DNA of 64,000 nt. It comes from a bacterium. GTDB taxonomy: Bacteria; Pseudomonadota; Alphaproteobacteria; SP197. The position numbers were made by a program, and so were the translations under genes. The notes below the pieces were generated by a model. It saw only the letters and a program-made list of their open reading frames with translations, was not told the DNA's origin and made no database searches. Where the stretch lies: NCBI GenBank assembly GCA_028821455.1, contig JAPPGE010000045.1, positions 17,339 through 81,338 on the forward strand, written 5' to 3'. Below, in pieces: positions 54,450-63,994 of this stretch; position 1 is the first letter of the stretch; each line of letters begins with the position of its first letter.

Positions 54450-55925
54450 GTGATGCGTGTCGAATTTGCCCCGTCGATGCCCGAAGACGCCGATACCGTT
54501 GTCGTGGCCACACAGGAGGACGGCCAGCTCTTCGCCTCGGCCGAAGCGGTTGACCGCACCGCCGGTGGAGCCATCAGTCGCGCCATGGACGTCTCTGCGC
54601 GGTTTTCCGGGAAAAAGGGCCAGATCCTCGACATCGTCGCGCCCGAGACCATGGATGCCAGCCATATCGTCGTTGTCGGCACCGGTGACTACGCGACATT
54701 CACACCCCTCGATCGCCAGAACCTCGGCGGCGGCGCCTACCGGCATCTCGACAGGCTGGGGGCGCGGCATGTCGCCATTCCGGCAGGTCATCCCCTGGAT
54801 GTCTGCGAGTTCGTCCACGGCATGATGTTGCGCAGCTATCGCTTCGACAACTACCGCACGGTGGTGAAGGAGGATGCCAGGCCGACGGTCGACAGGGTCA
54901 CCGTCGTGACGTCGGAAGTGGCGGCGAGTGAAGAAAAGGCGGCGCGCCTCAAGTGTGTCGCCGATGGCGTCTTCCTGACCCGCGATCTGGTGAGCGAGCC
55001 CGCCAACACGCTCTACCCCGCGGAGTTTGCCCGCCGGGCCACGGCGCTGCGTGATCTTGGCGTCAGCGTCACCGTGCTTGGCGAGGCCGAGATGGCGGAA
55101 CTCGGCATGGGGGCGCTGCTTGGTGTCGGCCAGGGCAGCGAGCGCGAGAGCCAGCTGGTCGTCATGAAGTGGAAGGGAGCCGGCGACGATGATCCCTGGC
55201 TCGCCGTGGTCGGCAAGGGCGTGTGTTTCGACACCGGCGGCATCTCGCTCAAGCCCGGCGCCGGAATGGAGGAAATGAAGTTCGACATGGCCGGAGCGGG
55301 CTGTGTCACCGGACTCATGCACACGCTGGCCGCCCGCGGAGCCCGCGCCAACGTTGCCGGCGTCATCGGCTGTGTCGAGAACATGCCGTCCCACAACGCG
55401 CAGCGTCCTGGCGACGTGGTGAAGACCATGTCCGGCCAGACCATCGAGGTGATCAACACCGATGCCGAAGGACGTCTCGTCCTTGCCGACGCCCTCTACT
55501 GGACCATTGAGAACATCAAGCCCGACCAGGTGATCGACCTTGCGACGCTGACCGGCGCCATCATCATTGCGCTTGGCACCTACAGGGCAGGAATGTTCAG
55601 CAACGATGACGACCTCGCCCGCACCCTCGAGGCGGCGGGTCAGGCGACCGGAGAGGAACTGTGGCGCATGCCGCTTGGCGAGCGCTACAGCGAGGACATC
55701 AACTCGGACATTGCTGACATGAAGAATGTCGGCAAGAAGCGCGAGGCGGGATCCACCGCCGGAGCTGTGCTCCTGCAGAGATTCGTCGACGACACCCCCT
55801 GGGCTCATCTCGACATCGCCGGCACGGCGTGGGCCCATTCTGACGAGGCCCTGACACCCCGGGGCGCCACCGGATTCGGCGTCCGCCTGCTTGACCGCTT
55901 CGTTGCCGACACCAGGGAAACATGA
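54450..55925 (+). CDS. pepA: Leucyl aminopeptidase (M17)
   Basis: VGKGVCFDTGGISLKPGAGMEEMKFDMAGAG and NTDAEGRLVLADAL. 491 aa. Start is GTG 54450 or ATG 54453. Confidence 0.95.
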   Translation: MMRVEFAPSMPEDADTVVVATQEDGQLFASAEAVDRTAGGAISRAMDVSARFSGKKGQILDIVAPETMDASHIVVVGTGDYATFTPLDRQNLGGGAYRHLDRLGARHVAIPAGHPLDVCEFVHGMMLRSYRFDNYRTVVKEDARPTVDRVTVVTSEVAASEEKAARLKCVADGVFLTRDLVSEPANTLYPAEFARRATALRDLGVSVTVLGEAEMAELGMGALLGVGQGSERESQLVVMKWKGAGDDDPWLAVVGKGVCFDTGGISLKPGAGMEEMKFDMAGAGCVTGLMHTLAARGARANVAGVIGCVENMPSHNAQRPGDVVKTMSGQTIEVINTDAEGRLVLADALYWTIENIKPDQVIDLATLTGAIIIALGTYRAGMFSNDDDLARTLEAAGQATGEELWRMPLGERYSEDINSDIADMKNVGKKREAGSTAGAVLLQRFVDDTPWAHLDIAGTAWAHSDEALTPRGATGFGVRLLDRFVADTRET

Positions 55926-56386
55926 CGCAGGTCGACTTCTATCACCTGCTTGCGTCCCCCCTGGAGGTGGCACTTCCCGGTCTTCTGGAGAAGGCCCTGG
56001 AGAAAGACATGCGCGCCGTCGTCATGACGACCTCGCGTGAACGGGCCACCCACCTCGACGGCGCCCTGTGGACATACAGAAAGGAGAGTTTCCTGCCCCA
56101 TGGTTGCGTCGGGCAGGCCCGGAACGTGGAACATCAGCCAGTCTGGATTGCCGATTCCGATGACAATCCGAATGGCGCCCGTCTTCTCGTGCTCGTCGAC
56201 CGCGCCGACAGCGATAACATCGATGCCTTCGAGCGCGTGGCCGACATGTTCGATGGCCACGACGATGCGGCTGTTGCCGCAGCCCGCCGCCGCTGGAAAG
56301 CGCGCCGTGACGCCGGGCACGTTCTGAACTACTGGCAGCAGACTCCACGGGGAACGTGGGAGAAGAAGGCGTCTACCGCCGCGTGA
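55922..56386 (+). CDS. holC: DNA polymerase III chi subunit
   Basis: MTQVDFYHL...RAVVMTTSRERATHLDGALWTY..SFLPHG. ATGA overlap with the pepA stop, the conserved pepA-holC pair. Confidence 0.85.
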   Translation: MTQVDFYHLLASPLEVALPGLLEKALEKDMRAVVMTTSRERATHLDGALWTYRKESFLPHGCVGQARNVEHQPVWIADSDDNPNGARLLVLVDRADSDNIDAFERVADMFDGHDDAAVAAARRRWKARRDAGHVLNYWQQTPRGTWEKKASTAA

Positions 56387-56390
56387 CACA

Positions 56391-58046
56391 ATGGCGCGTA
56401 TCGTTCCCTCGGACGTGGACCGGCTGGCGCTGGCCGGCGGTCATGCTTCGGAACTCGTGACGCTGGAGCGTCTGCGGCGCGATCTCGATCCGCACCTGAC
56501 CGTCTTCCACTCCGTCCACTGGACGCGTGAATCGGGCGATCGAACATCCTGGGGCGAAGCCGATTTCATCGTTGTCAATCGCGCCGGCAAGATACTTGTC
56601 ATGGAACAGAAGAACGGTTCCCTGGACGAGACAGGCGACGGACTTGTCAAGCGTTACCGCGACGGCGCCTCCAACCCTGTGCTCCAGGTGCGGCGCTCGG
56701 TTGACAATATCAAGGGCAAGTTCCGCAGGGTGCACAGGCGCGAACCCGCTCTTGTCGCCGACTATCTTGTCTATTGTCCGGACCATCGCGTGCAGTCCGT
56801 CAACGCCGTGGGCCTCGACTCGTCGCGCATCGTCGATGCCGCGGGCGACCATCTTCTTGTCAGCAGGATCCACGAGATTCTCGACGATGACGATGATGCA
56901 CCGGAGAGGCGGGCAACCGTCGAGGCCTTCCTCCGCCAGTCCCTCGAGATCTACCCCGACATTCACGCCCGGGTTCGCCACGGCGAACAGCGGTTCGCGC
57001 GACTGAGCGGACAGCTTTCGCAACTGATTGCCGGGATCGAGATGACACCGTTGCGGCTGCGCGTCAGGGGAGCGGCAGGGTGCGGCAAGACGGTGATGGC
57101 CACGCGCTTCTTCGATGGCGCTGTGAAACGGGCGCGCAAGCCCCTGCTGGTCTGCTTCAATCGCCAGCTCAAGGAGAGGATCGCAGTCTCGGTCGCCGGC
57201 AGCGGACTGGTCGAGACCTGGCATGGCCTGTGTCACCGTTTCCTGGAGGACATCGGCAAGGCGCCTGACTTCCGCCAGCGGGATGACTTTGGCGCCTTCT
57301 GGTCACACGTCCAGGACGAGGTCATGGCGGCGCCGGTCCCGGATGCGTGGATGTTCGATACCCTCATCGTCGACGAGGGTCAGGACTTCGAACCCGAGTG
57401 GTTCGACATCCTCAGGCTGTTCGCCCGGGATGACGCCGACATCCTCTGGCTCGAGGATCCCGATCAGGGCATTCGCAGGAATGAGCCGGTGACACTCGAG
57501 GGCTTCGTCGGCTTCAACATCCGATCCAACTACCGGTCGCCCGGGACGATTGCACGGTTCATCGACAGGGCGCTTCCCTTCGACTTCGAAAAGGCCAATG
57601 GATTGCCGGGCCTCGAAGTGGGTGTCGAGGTCTACGAGGACACCTCTCACCAGGTGAAGCTGGTCTCGCGCACGGTGTCGCGGCTCCTGGCCGACAGGTT
57701 CAGGCCCGAGGACGTCGTCATCCTGTCGATGAAGGGAATCAGGCATACCTGCCTTGCAGATCGTTCCAGGGTCGGCAACCACACGCTCAAGAACTTCTCA
57801 GGTGAATACGATCTGCTGGGAAACCAGGTCTTCACGCCGGGGCAGATCCTTCTCGAAAGCATCTACCGCTACAAGGGACAGCAGGCGCCGGCGATCATCG
57901 CCATCGACATCGAGAGCGACGGCGATGACGAGGGCCACCTTCAGCGCCTTCTCTACACGATGTTCAGCCGCGCCACCGTGCGACTCGATGTCCTCGTGAG
58001 GTCCGGCGATCCGCTCGAGACGCGTCTGGTCGAAGCAGCCGGGTGA
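56391..58046 (+). CDS. NERD (PD-(D/E)xK nuclease-like) domain fused to a compact UvrD/RecD-like SF1 helicase/ATPase
   Basis: 551 aa. WGEADFIVVNRAGKILVMEQK (D58, E72, K74; about 56562-56612), Walker A GAAGCGKT (57069-57092), Walker B LIVDEGQDF (about 57363-57389), and late motifs YRYKGQQAPAIIA and FSRATVRLDVLV. Starts 4 nt after the holC stop. Confidence 0.8.
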   Translation: MARIVPSDVDRLALAGGHASELVTLERLRRDLDPHLTVFHSVHWTRESGDRTSWGEADFIVVNRAGKILVMEQKNGSLDETGDGLVKRYRDGASNPVLQVRRSVDNIKGKFRRVHRREPALVADYLVYCPDHRVQSVNAVGLDSSRIVDAAGDHLLVSRIHEILDDDDDAPERRATVEAFLRQSLEIYPDIHARVRHGEQRFARLSGQLSQLIAGIEMTPLRLRVRGAAGCGKTVMATRFFDGAVKRARKPLLVCFNRQLKERIAVSVAGSGLVETWHGLCHRFLEDIGKAPDFRQRDDFGAFWSHVQDEVMAAPVPDAWMFDTLIVDEGQDFEPEWFDILRLFARDDADILWLEDPDQGIRRNEPVTLEGFVGFNIRSNYRSPGTIARFIDRALPFDFEKANGLPGLEVGVEVYEDTSHQVKLVSRTVSRLLADRFRPEDVVILSMKGIRHTCLADRSRVGNHTLKNFSGEYDLLGNQVFTPGQILLESIYRYKGQQAPAIIAIDIESDGDDEGHLQRLLYTMFSRATVRLDVLVRSGDPLETRLVEAAG

Positions 58047-58057
58047 ACATCGGAACT

Positions 58058-60118
58058 TCAGACGACAGCGGCGAGTTCGACGATCTCTTGCTTCCAGGGG
58101 ACGTCATCGCCGATCGCTTCACCGAGTTCGCGAGCATATCGGTAACCGCCAAAGACGGCTGCAGCGATCGGTCCCGGGCCGTAGCAGTCGCCGATGCGTG
58201 ACACGCGGCGGATGCCGGCCTCGCGGTTGGCCGCCTCATCGGCCATGAGCGCGTGGTAGAGATCGTCCACCGGATCCTGGGCTGTCACCATGACGACGCT
58301 GCGACAGGCGATCCACTGGCAATCGCCAGTGTAGACATCCTCGATCTCGACTCTGCTCCATTCGATGTTCTTGACGGCAAAGCCCAGGTGCCGCGCGACT
58401 CCGAGTTCGCGCATGCGGGTCTGGATGCGCTCGTATTCGAGGGTGTAGGCGGTCCACGCCGATACCGCACTTTCCGGCGTGACGATGCTGACCTCGTGGC
58501 CGTCCTGCACCAGCTTCTCGGCGATCACGCCACCCATGTAGTAGTGATCGTCGTCGAACACGACGACGGGGCCTTCGAGTGTGGCGCCTTCCATGATGTC
58601 GTCGGGCGTGACGATGTTGGCCGATCCGCAGGCCAGGGGAAAATCATGGTATCGTCCACTGCCGTCGCGCCGCCACCGGGCGCCGGTGGCCACGGCGACG
58701 AGGTTGGCGCCGGTTTCGCGCACACTGTCGGCCGTCATCTCCGAATCCATGTAGATTTCGACGTTGGGCAACTTGTGGAGTTGGGTCATGCGCCAGTCGC
58801 GCACGCGCGCCCAGGCGGCAAGACCTGGCAGGCGGCACTCCCGGGCGACCCGACCGCCGGTTTCGCGGCCGGCTTCGGCAAGCATGACCTCGTAGCCGCG
58901 CTGACCCAGCCCCCGCGCCGCTTCCAGTCCGGCGGGACCGGCTCCGATCACGAGAACTCGCTCATCCGAATCCCGCGGCGGCATCACTTCGGGATGCCAC
59001 CCCCGGCGCCATTCCTCACCCTGGGTCGGGTTCTGTGTGCACCTGAGATAGGTCGGCTGATTGGAAACACCGACACACATGTTGCAGCCGATGCACTCGC
59101 GGATGTCCTCGGGCCGCCCTTCCTCGATCTTTTTCGGAAGGAAGGGATCGGCGATGGACGGACGGGCGGCGCCGATCATGTCGAGGACACCGTTCCTGAT
59201 CAGGGAAACCATGCGGTCGGGGCTGGTGTAGCGTCCGACCCCCACCACGGGCTTGCTGGTCAGGGACTTGACGAAGGAGATGTGTTTCTCCTGGAATCCC
59301 TCGTCCGCGAACCTCGACGTCTCACTGTCATTCTCCCACTCGCTGACGTTGACGTCCCACAGGTCCGGCAGCTCGCCGAGCATCTCGATCACGGCGCGGC
59401 CGTCCTCTTCAGGCGTGATGCCCTTCGGCCCGACAAGTTCGTTGACGGCCAGGCGCACGGCGACCCCGCACGTGTCTCCGACTGCATCCTTGGTGTCCTC
59501 GATGACCTCGCGCAGCAGGCGCATCCTGTTCTCGACGGGCCCGCCGTACTCATCCGTTCGCTGGTTGTGGCGCGCGGAAAGGAAATGCATGCACAGCGAC
59601 AGGCTGTGTCCGGCATAGACATAGACGATGTCAAAACCGGCCCGCTTGCCGCGCAACGCTGCGTTGCGGTGCCATCGCCGGTAGTTGGCGATATCGGTCC
59701 TGTCCATGGTCCGCGCATGGAATGGTTCGATGCCGTGGACCGGTCGCGCCGTGGGCGCCATCGGGATCTCGCGGCCGATGTAGTTCGAGGTGTAGTAGCC
59801 CATGTGGGTGAGTTCGAGCCCGGCCAGCGCTCCGTGCTCGTGGACCTGGTCGGCCATGCGAGCGAGGTAGGGGATGTCCCGGTCGTCCCACAGCCGGATT
59901 TCCCTCTCCGTGTCGGTGGTCACGTGAATGTCGCATTGTTCGGTGCACACCACGGCCCAGCCGCCCTCCGCCTTGATGCCGCGCATGACCGCCATCGCCG
60001 TGGGATGGGCGCGCCCCATGCCATTGCAGTGGGGCACCTGGTAGAAGCGGTTCCTTGCTGTCACGGGACCGATGGTGACGGGCTCGAACAGGATGTCGTA
60101 GTGCGGATCTCGCGGCAT
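58058..60118 (-). CDS. Trimethylamine/dimethylamine dehydrogenase-family flavoprotein (FMN + 4Fe-4S + ADP-binding domains)
   Basis: Start MPRDPHYDILFEPVTIGPVTARNRFYQVPHCNGMG (Cys at the 6-S-cysteinyl-FMN position of TMADH) preceded by AGGAGGA. CIGCNMCV...C cluster. VLVIGAGPAGLEAA. Confidence 0.8.
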   Translation of the reverse strand: MPRDPHYDILFEPVTIGPVTARNRFYQVPHCNGMGRAHPTAMAVMRGIKAEGGWAVVCTEQCDIHVTTDTEREIRLWDDRDIPYLARMADQVHEHGALAGLELTHMGYYTSNYIGREIPMAPTARPVHGIEPFHARTMDRTDIANYRRWHRNAALRGKRAGFDIVYVYAGHSLSLCMHFLSARHNQRTDEYGGPVENRMRLLREVIEDTKDAVGDTCGVAVRLAVNELVGPKGITPEEDGRAVIEMLGELPDLWDVNVSEWENDSETSRFADEGFQEKHISFVKSLTSKPVVGVGRYTSPDRMVSLIRNGVLDMIGAARPSIADPFLPKKIEEGRPEDIRECIGCNMCVGVSNQPTYLRCTQNPTQGEEWRRGWHPEVMPPRDSDERVLVIGAGPAGLEAARGLGQRGYEVMLAEAGRETGGRVARECRLPGLAAWARVRDWRMTQLHKLPNVEIYMDSEMTADSVRETGANLVAVATGARWRRDGSGRYHDFPLACGSANIVTPDDIMEGATLEGPVVVFDDDHYYMGGVIAEKLVQDGHEVSIVTPESAVSAWTAYTLEYERIQTRMRELGVARHLGFAVKNIEWSRVEIEDVYTGDCQWIACRSVVMVTAQDPVDDLYHALMADEAANREAGIRRVSRIGDCYGPGPIAAAVFGGYRYARELGEAIGDDVPWKQEIVELAAVV

Positions 60119-60264
60119 CGGGTTCCGGTCCTCCTGCTGACTCGTCGATTGTGGCACCACAGCACCGGCAGTGTCGACAACCGCCGCCACGCCCACTAAC
60201 GTCCCTTTCCGCGACAACCGGATGTCGTCCCCGTCGGGGCGACGGAAACACATGGAGGATCGGG

Positions 60265-61590
60265 ATGTCAGTTCTTTCTAAGGGATCATCACGGCGCGCA
60301 TTCATGGGAACCGCGCTGGCGGCGCCGGCCGCGGCGGCGCTGACACCGGCGCAGCTTCTGGCCCAGGCAAACGACGGCATGGAGGCAACAGGTGAACCTA
60401 TTCCGGTCGGCCAGGCCTCGGCCCAGACCAGCTGGGGCGCCCCGGACGGAATCGAATTCATGCGCGGACTGACCCTCGCCTGCGAGGAAATCAATGCCAT
60501 CGGCGGTATCCTGGGACGGCCTCTCGAGCCCCACATCGAGGATACCGGAGAGATGGGGGATGACCGGAACGTGCAGGCCGTCCAGCGCCTCATCGACCGT
60601 CACGATGTCCATGCCATCGTCAACGGCTACAACGTTGGCACCGGCATTGCGATTCAGGATGTCATTGCCGATGCCGGCATCATCTACATGCACTACGACA
60701 CTGTCATCGCGCACAACGAGCTTGTCGCTTCCGATCCCGACTACTACTTCGGAAGCTTCATGGGTGATCCTCCCGAGTACTGGTATGGCGCAGGTTTTCT
60801 CGACTACATCAACACTCTGGAAAAAAACGGTGAATTCACGCGCAGCAACAATCGCATCGCGATCATCACCGGCCCGGGACCGTATTCGACCAACATTGCC
60901 AACTCGATCCGCGAAGGCTCCGGCGACTACGGCTACGAGGTGAGTCTCTTTGAATCGGTGACAGTTCCGATTTCAGAGTGGGGGCCGACCCTCGCCAAGA
61001 TCCGCCAGGATCCGCCTGCGGTGATCGCCATTACCCACTTCTATCCGCAGGACCTCGCCCAGTTCATGCTGCAGTTCGTGCCGGATCCGACACCGAGTCT
61101 CATCTACATGCAGTACGGACCTTCCCTTGCGGCCTTCCGAGATATCGGCAAGGAGTCGACCAATGGCGTCCTCTACGCCACGGTGATCGCGGCGCTGCCC
61201 GACGAGATCGGGTCAGCCTTCGAGCGGCGCTACAAGGATCGCTGGGGCGAGGATGCGACCCATCTCACCGGTTCCCAGCCGTACGACGGCTGTTACATCT
61301 GGGCGACGGCCTGTGCCCTTGCCGGTGGATCGGGGGCTCCCGGAGACGAGGAACAGAACCGCAAGGTGGCGGCCCACATTCGACGCATGATTCACCGGGG
61401 CATGAACGGCACCACGCGGTTCATTCCCGGTGAACAGGCGGCGTATCACTATCCGGCGCAGACCAACGATCCGTCCCTTGGCATGCCGCACCAGTTCCTG
61501 CAGATCCAGGATCACATGCAGACCCCTGTCCTGGTGGCGCCGCAACCCTACAGCGCTGCTCCGTTCGTCACGCCTCCGTGGATGAGCTGA
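60265..61590 (+). CDS. Periplasmic substrate-binding protein, type-1 (LivJ/AmiC/urea-amide-like), Tat-type signal
   Basis: ATG 60265 after GGAGGA. MSVLSKGSSRRAFMGTALAAPAAAAL has a twin-arginine motif. Cluster with LivGFH-type genes. Confidence 0.8.
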   Translation: MSVLSKGSSRRAFMGTALAAPAAAALTPAQLLAQANDGMEATGEPIPVGQASAQTSWGAPDGIEFMRGLTLACEEINAIGGILGRPLEPHIEDTGEMGDDRNVQAVQRLIDRHDVHAIVNGYNVGTGIAIQDVIADAGIIYMHYDTVIAHNELVASDPDYYFGSFMGDPPEYWYGAGFLDYINTLEKNGEFTRSNNRIAIITGPGPYSTNIANSIREGSGDYGYEVSLFESVTVPISEWGPTLAKIRQDPPAVIAITHFYPQDLAQFMLQFVPDPTPSLIYMQYGPSLAAFRDIGKESTNGVLYATVIAALPDEIGSAFERRYKDRWGEDATHLTGSQPYDGCYIWATACALAGGSGAPGDEEQNRKVAAHIRRMIHRGMNGTTRFIPGEQAAYHYPAQTNDPSLGMPHQFLQIQDHMQTPVLVAPQPYSAAPFVTPPWMS

Positions 61591-62396
61591 GCCAGGAAAC
61601 CGCACGCTCACCCCGTCCCCTTCTCGTGGTGGACGGGGTGAGCAAGTACTTCGGTGCGCTGGCGGCTGTCGACAACCTCAGCTTCGAGGTGATGCCGGGA
61701 GAGGTCCTCGGCATCGGAGGTCCCAACGGGGCTGGCAAGACAACGCTCTTCGATGTCATCACCGGGCTCGACCGCGCCTCATCGGGGCACATCCTCTTTG
61801 CCGGCGATGACATCACACGGGCCGGGCCCGAGAGGATCTGCCACGCGGGCATTGCCCGCACTTTCCAGCTCAACGCCGGTTTCGACACCCTGAGTGTGAG
61901 GGAGAACATCGAGGTCGCCGCCATCTATGGGCACGAGGCCCCGGTTTTTCCCGGGTTTCGCGTTCGGCCCGTCATCCGCCGCAGGGTTGATGAGGCTCTC
62001 GAACTATCCGGCCTCACCGATCGCGCCACGACGCCGGCCGGAGAACTGGCGGTTCTCGAGCGCAAGCTCCTCATGGTGGCCACGGCGATCGTGACTCAGC
62101 CGCGCCTTCTCATGCTCGACGAGCCCGTGGGCGGGCTGACCCAGGCGGAGATGGACGCCTTCGTCGCCATGCTGGCGCGGATCAGGGGTGAGGGCATGGC
62201 GATCATCCTCATCGAGCACGTCATGCGCTTTCTGGTGACGCTCGCCGATCGGGTTCTCATCATGCACCATGGCGAAAGGATCTACGAAGGCCGGCCCGAC
62301 GATCTGGCGAACGACAGGCGTGTGGTGGACGTCTATCTTGGCGATGGCGCGGCAGACCTGATTCGTGCCGCCCTCGACCCCGGCGCAGCCCCGTGA
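61578..62396 (+). CDS. ABC transporter ATP-binding protein (LivG-like), start uncertain
   Basis: LLVVDGVSKYFGALAAVDNLSFEV, GPNGAGKTT and LLMLDEPVGGL. Confidence 0.85.
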   Translation: MDELSQETARSPRPLLVVDGVSKYFGALAAVDNLSFEVMPGEVLGIGGPNGAGKTTLFDVITGLDRASSGHILFAGDDITRAGPERICHAGIARTFQLNAGFDTLSVRENIEVAAIYGHEAPVFPGFRVRPVIRRRVDEALELSGLTDRATTPAGELAVLERKLLMVATAIVTQPRLLMLDEPVGGLTQAEMDAFVAMLARIRGEGMAIILIEHVMRFLVTLADRVLIMHHGERIYEGRPDDLANDRRVVDVYLGDGAADLIRAALDPGAAP

Positions 62397-63109
62397 GCGA
62401 TCCCTTGCTGAGCGTGTGCCAGGTCTTTGCCGGCTACACCGGCAGGGACGTCCTGCGCGACATCTCGCTTGATGTCCACGAGGGCGCATTCGTGTCAGTC
62501 ATCGGACCCAACGGTCACGGCAAGAGCACGCTGCTGAAGTGCATCAGCGGTCTGCTGAGAACCGGCGGTGGCTCCATCCGATTCTCCGGAGACGATGTCA
62601 CCGGTCTTGCAGCGCCGGCGATGGCGGCGCGGGGCCTCGTCCACGTCCCCCAGGGCGACATGCTCTTTGCCGACATGACGGTTCAAGAAAACCTGATGAT
62701 GGGCGCTTACCTCACGTCAGACAGGGCGGTCATCCGGCGCCGACTCGACGAGGTTCATGCCATTCTTCCGCGACTCGCCGATCGTCGCCAGCAACTCGCG
62801 AGAACGCTTTCGGGGGGCGAACGCCGGATGGTGGCCATTGGCCGCGGACTGATGGCCGGTGGACGGCTTACCATGTTCGATGAACCGTCGCTCGGCCTGG
62901 CGCCGGTGATCATCGACCAGATCTACGACGTCATGACGCGACTGCGCGAAAGCGGCAGGACCATTGTGCTCGTCGAGGAAAACGCGATGCGGGCGGCGAG
63001 GCAGTCGGACCGCATGTACCTTCTCGACAACGGAGCCATGGCCTGGCAGGGAAACGGCGAGGAGTTCCTCGCCCGTCCCGAAGTGATCCGCAGCTACCTC
63101 GGGGGATAG
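62393..63109 (+). CDS. ABC transporter ATP-binding protein (LivF-like)
   Basis: GPNGHGKST, LSGGERRM and LTMFDEPSLGLAP. GTGA-type overlap with the upstream stop. Confidence 0.9.
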   Translation: MSDPLLSVCQVFAGYTGRDVLRDISLDVHEGAFVSVIGPNGHGKSTLLKCISGLLRTGGGSIRFSGDDVTGLAAPAMAARGLVHVPQGDMLFADMTVQENLMMGAYLTSDRAVIRRRLDEVHAILPRLADRRQQLARTLSGGERRMVAIGRGLMAGGRLTMFDEPSLGLAPVIIDQIYDVMTRLRESGRTIVLVEENAMRAARQSDRMYLLDNGAMAWQGNGEEFLARPEVIRSYLGG

Positions 63110-63112
63110 GAA

Positions 63113-63994
63113 GTGATGGAGGTCATCGTTCAGGTGATCGCGTCCGGTCTCACGCTGGGCGCCATGTACGCTGTCGCCGCCGTCGGCCTGGCCTTGGTCT
63201 ACGGAGCCCTTGGCATGCTCAACATTGCCCATGGCGCAATCCTCACGTTCGGCGGATACGCCGCCTTCTACGTGATCACGTCACTGGGCCTGCCGATGGT
63301 TGCCGGAGTGGCCGCTGCGGTTGTTGTGGGTGCGTTGCTGGGCCTGGCGATCTATGTCGTTCTTGTCCATGGCATGCTGTCGGCGCCCGCCTTCGAGACC
63401 AACATCTTTATCGCCACGTTCGGTATCGGCATGGCCCTGGAGAATGTCGTGCTCAAGCTCTTCGGAGCCTATCCGGCGGCACAGCCCCTGGCGTTCGACG
63501 GCGCCGTCGCTGTCTTTGACGTGTTCATTCCCGTGCGCAACATCGTCATTCTCGTTGCCGGCATCCTCCTCATGGTGGCGACGGCGTGGCTGCTGACGCG
63601 CACGCAGACCGGCAACGCAATCCGGGCGACGGCACAGAACCGGGCGGCTGCGGAGCTCATGGGAGTGAGGGTGCGGTGGATCTACGCCCAGGTTCTGGCG
63701 ATTTCGGGAGCGCTCGCCGGTGTTTCGGGAATCATGGTGAGTTCTCTCACCAATCTTTCTCCCACCATGGGCGGGGACCCCATGCTCAAGGCCTTCATCG
63801 TCTGTGTCGTCGCCGGGCTGGGCAACGTCTACGGCGCCATGATCGCCGCCATCGCGCTGGGCCTCGTCGAGTCCACGGCACAGTATCTCCTTGGTGTGCG
63901 CTTTGGCCTGGCGACGTTGCTGGTGCTCGTCATCCTGACCCTGATCTGGCGCCCCCACGGCCTGTTCGGCCGGACGCAGGTGCAGCGCCTGTGA
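63113..63994 (+). CDS. Branched-chain-type ABC transporter permease (LivH-like)
   Basis: MMEVIVQVIASGLTLGAMYAVAAVGLALVYGALGMLNIAHGA. Polytopic, 293 aa. A LivM-like gene probably starts at the window edge. Confidence 0.9.
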   Translation: MMEVIVQVIASGLTLGAMYAVAAVGLALVYGALGMLNIAHGAILTFGGYAAFYVITSLGLPMVAGVAAAVVVGALLGLAIYVVLVHGMLSAPAFETNIFIATFGIGMALENVVLKLFGAYPAAQPLAFDGAVAVFDVFIPVRNIVILVAGILLMVATAWLLTRTQTGNAIRATAQNRAAAELMGVRVRWIYAQVLAISGALAGVSGIMVSSLTNLSPTMGGDPMLKAFIVCVVAGLGNVYGAMIAAIALGLVESTAQYLLGVRFGLATLLVLVILTLIWRPHGLFGRTQVQRL

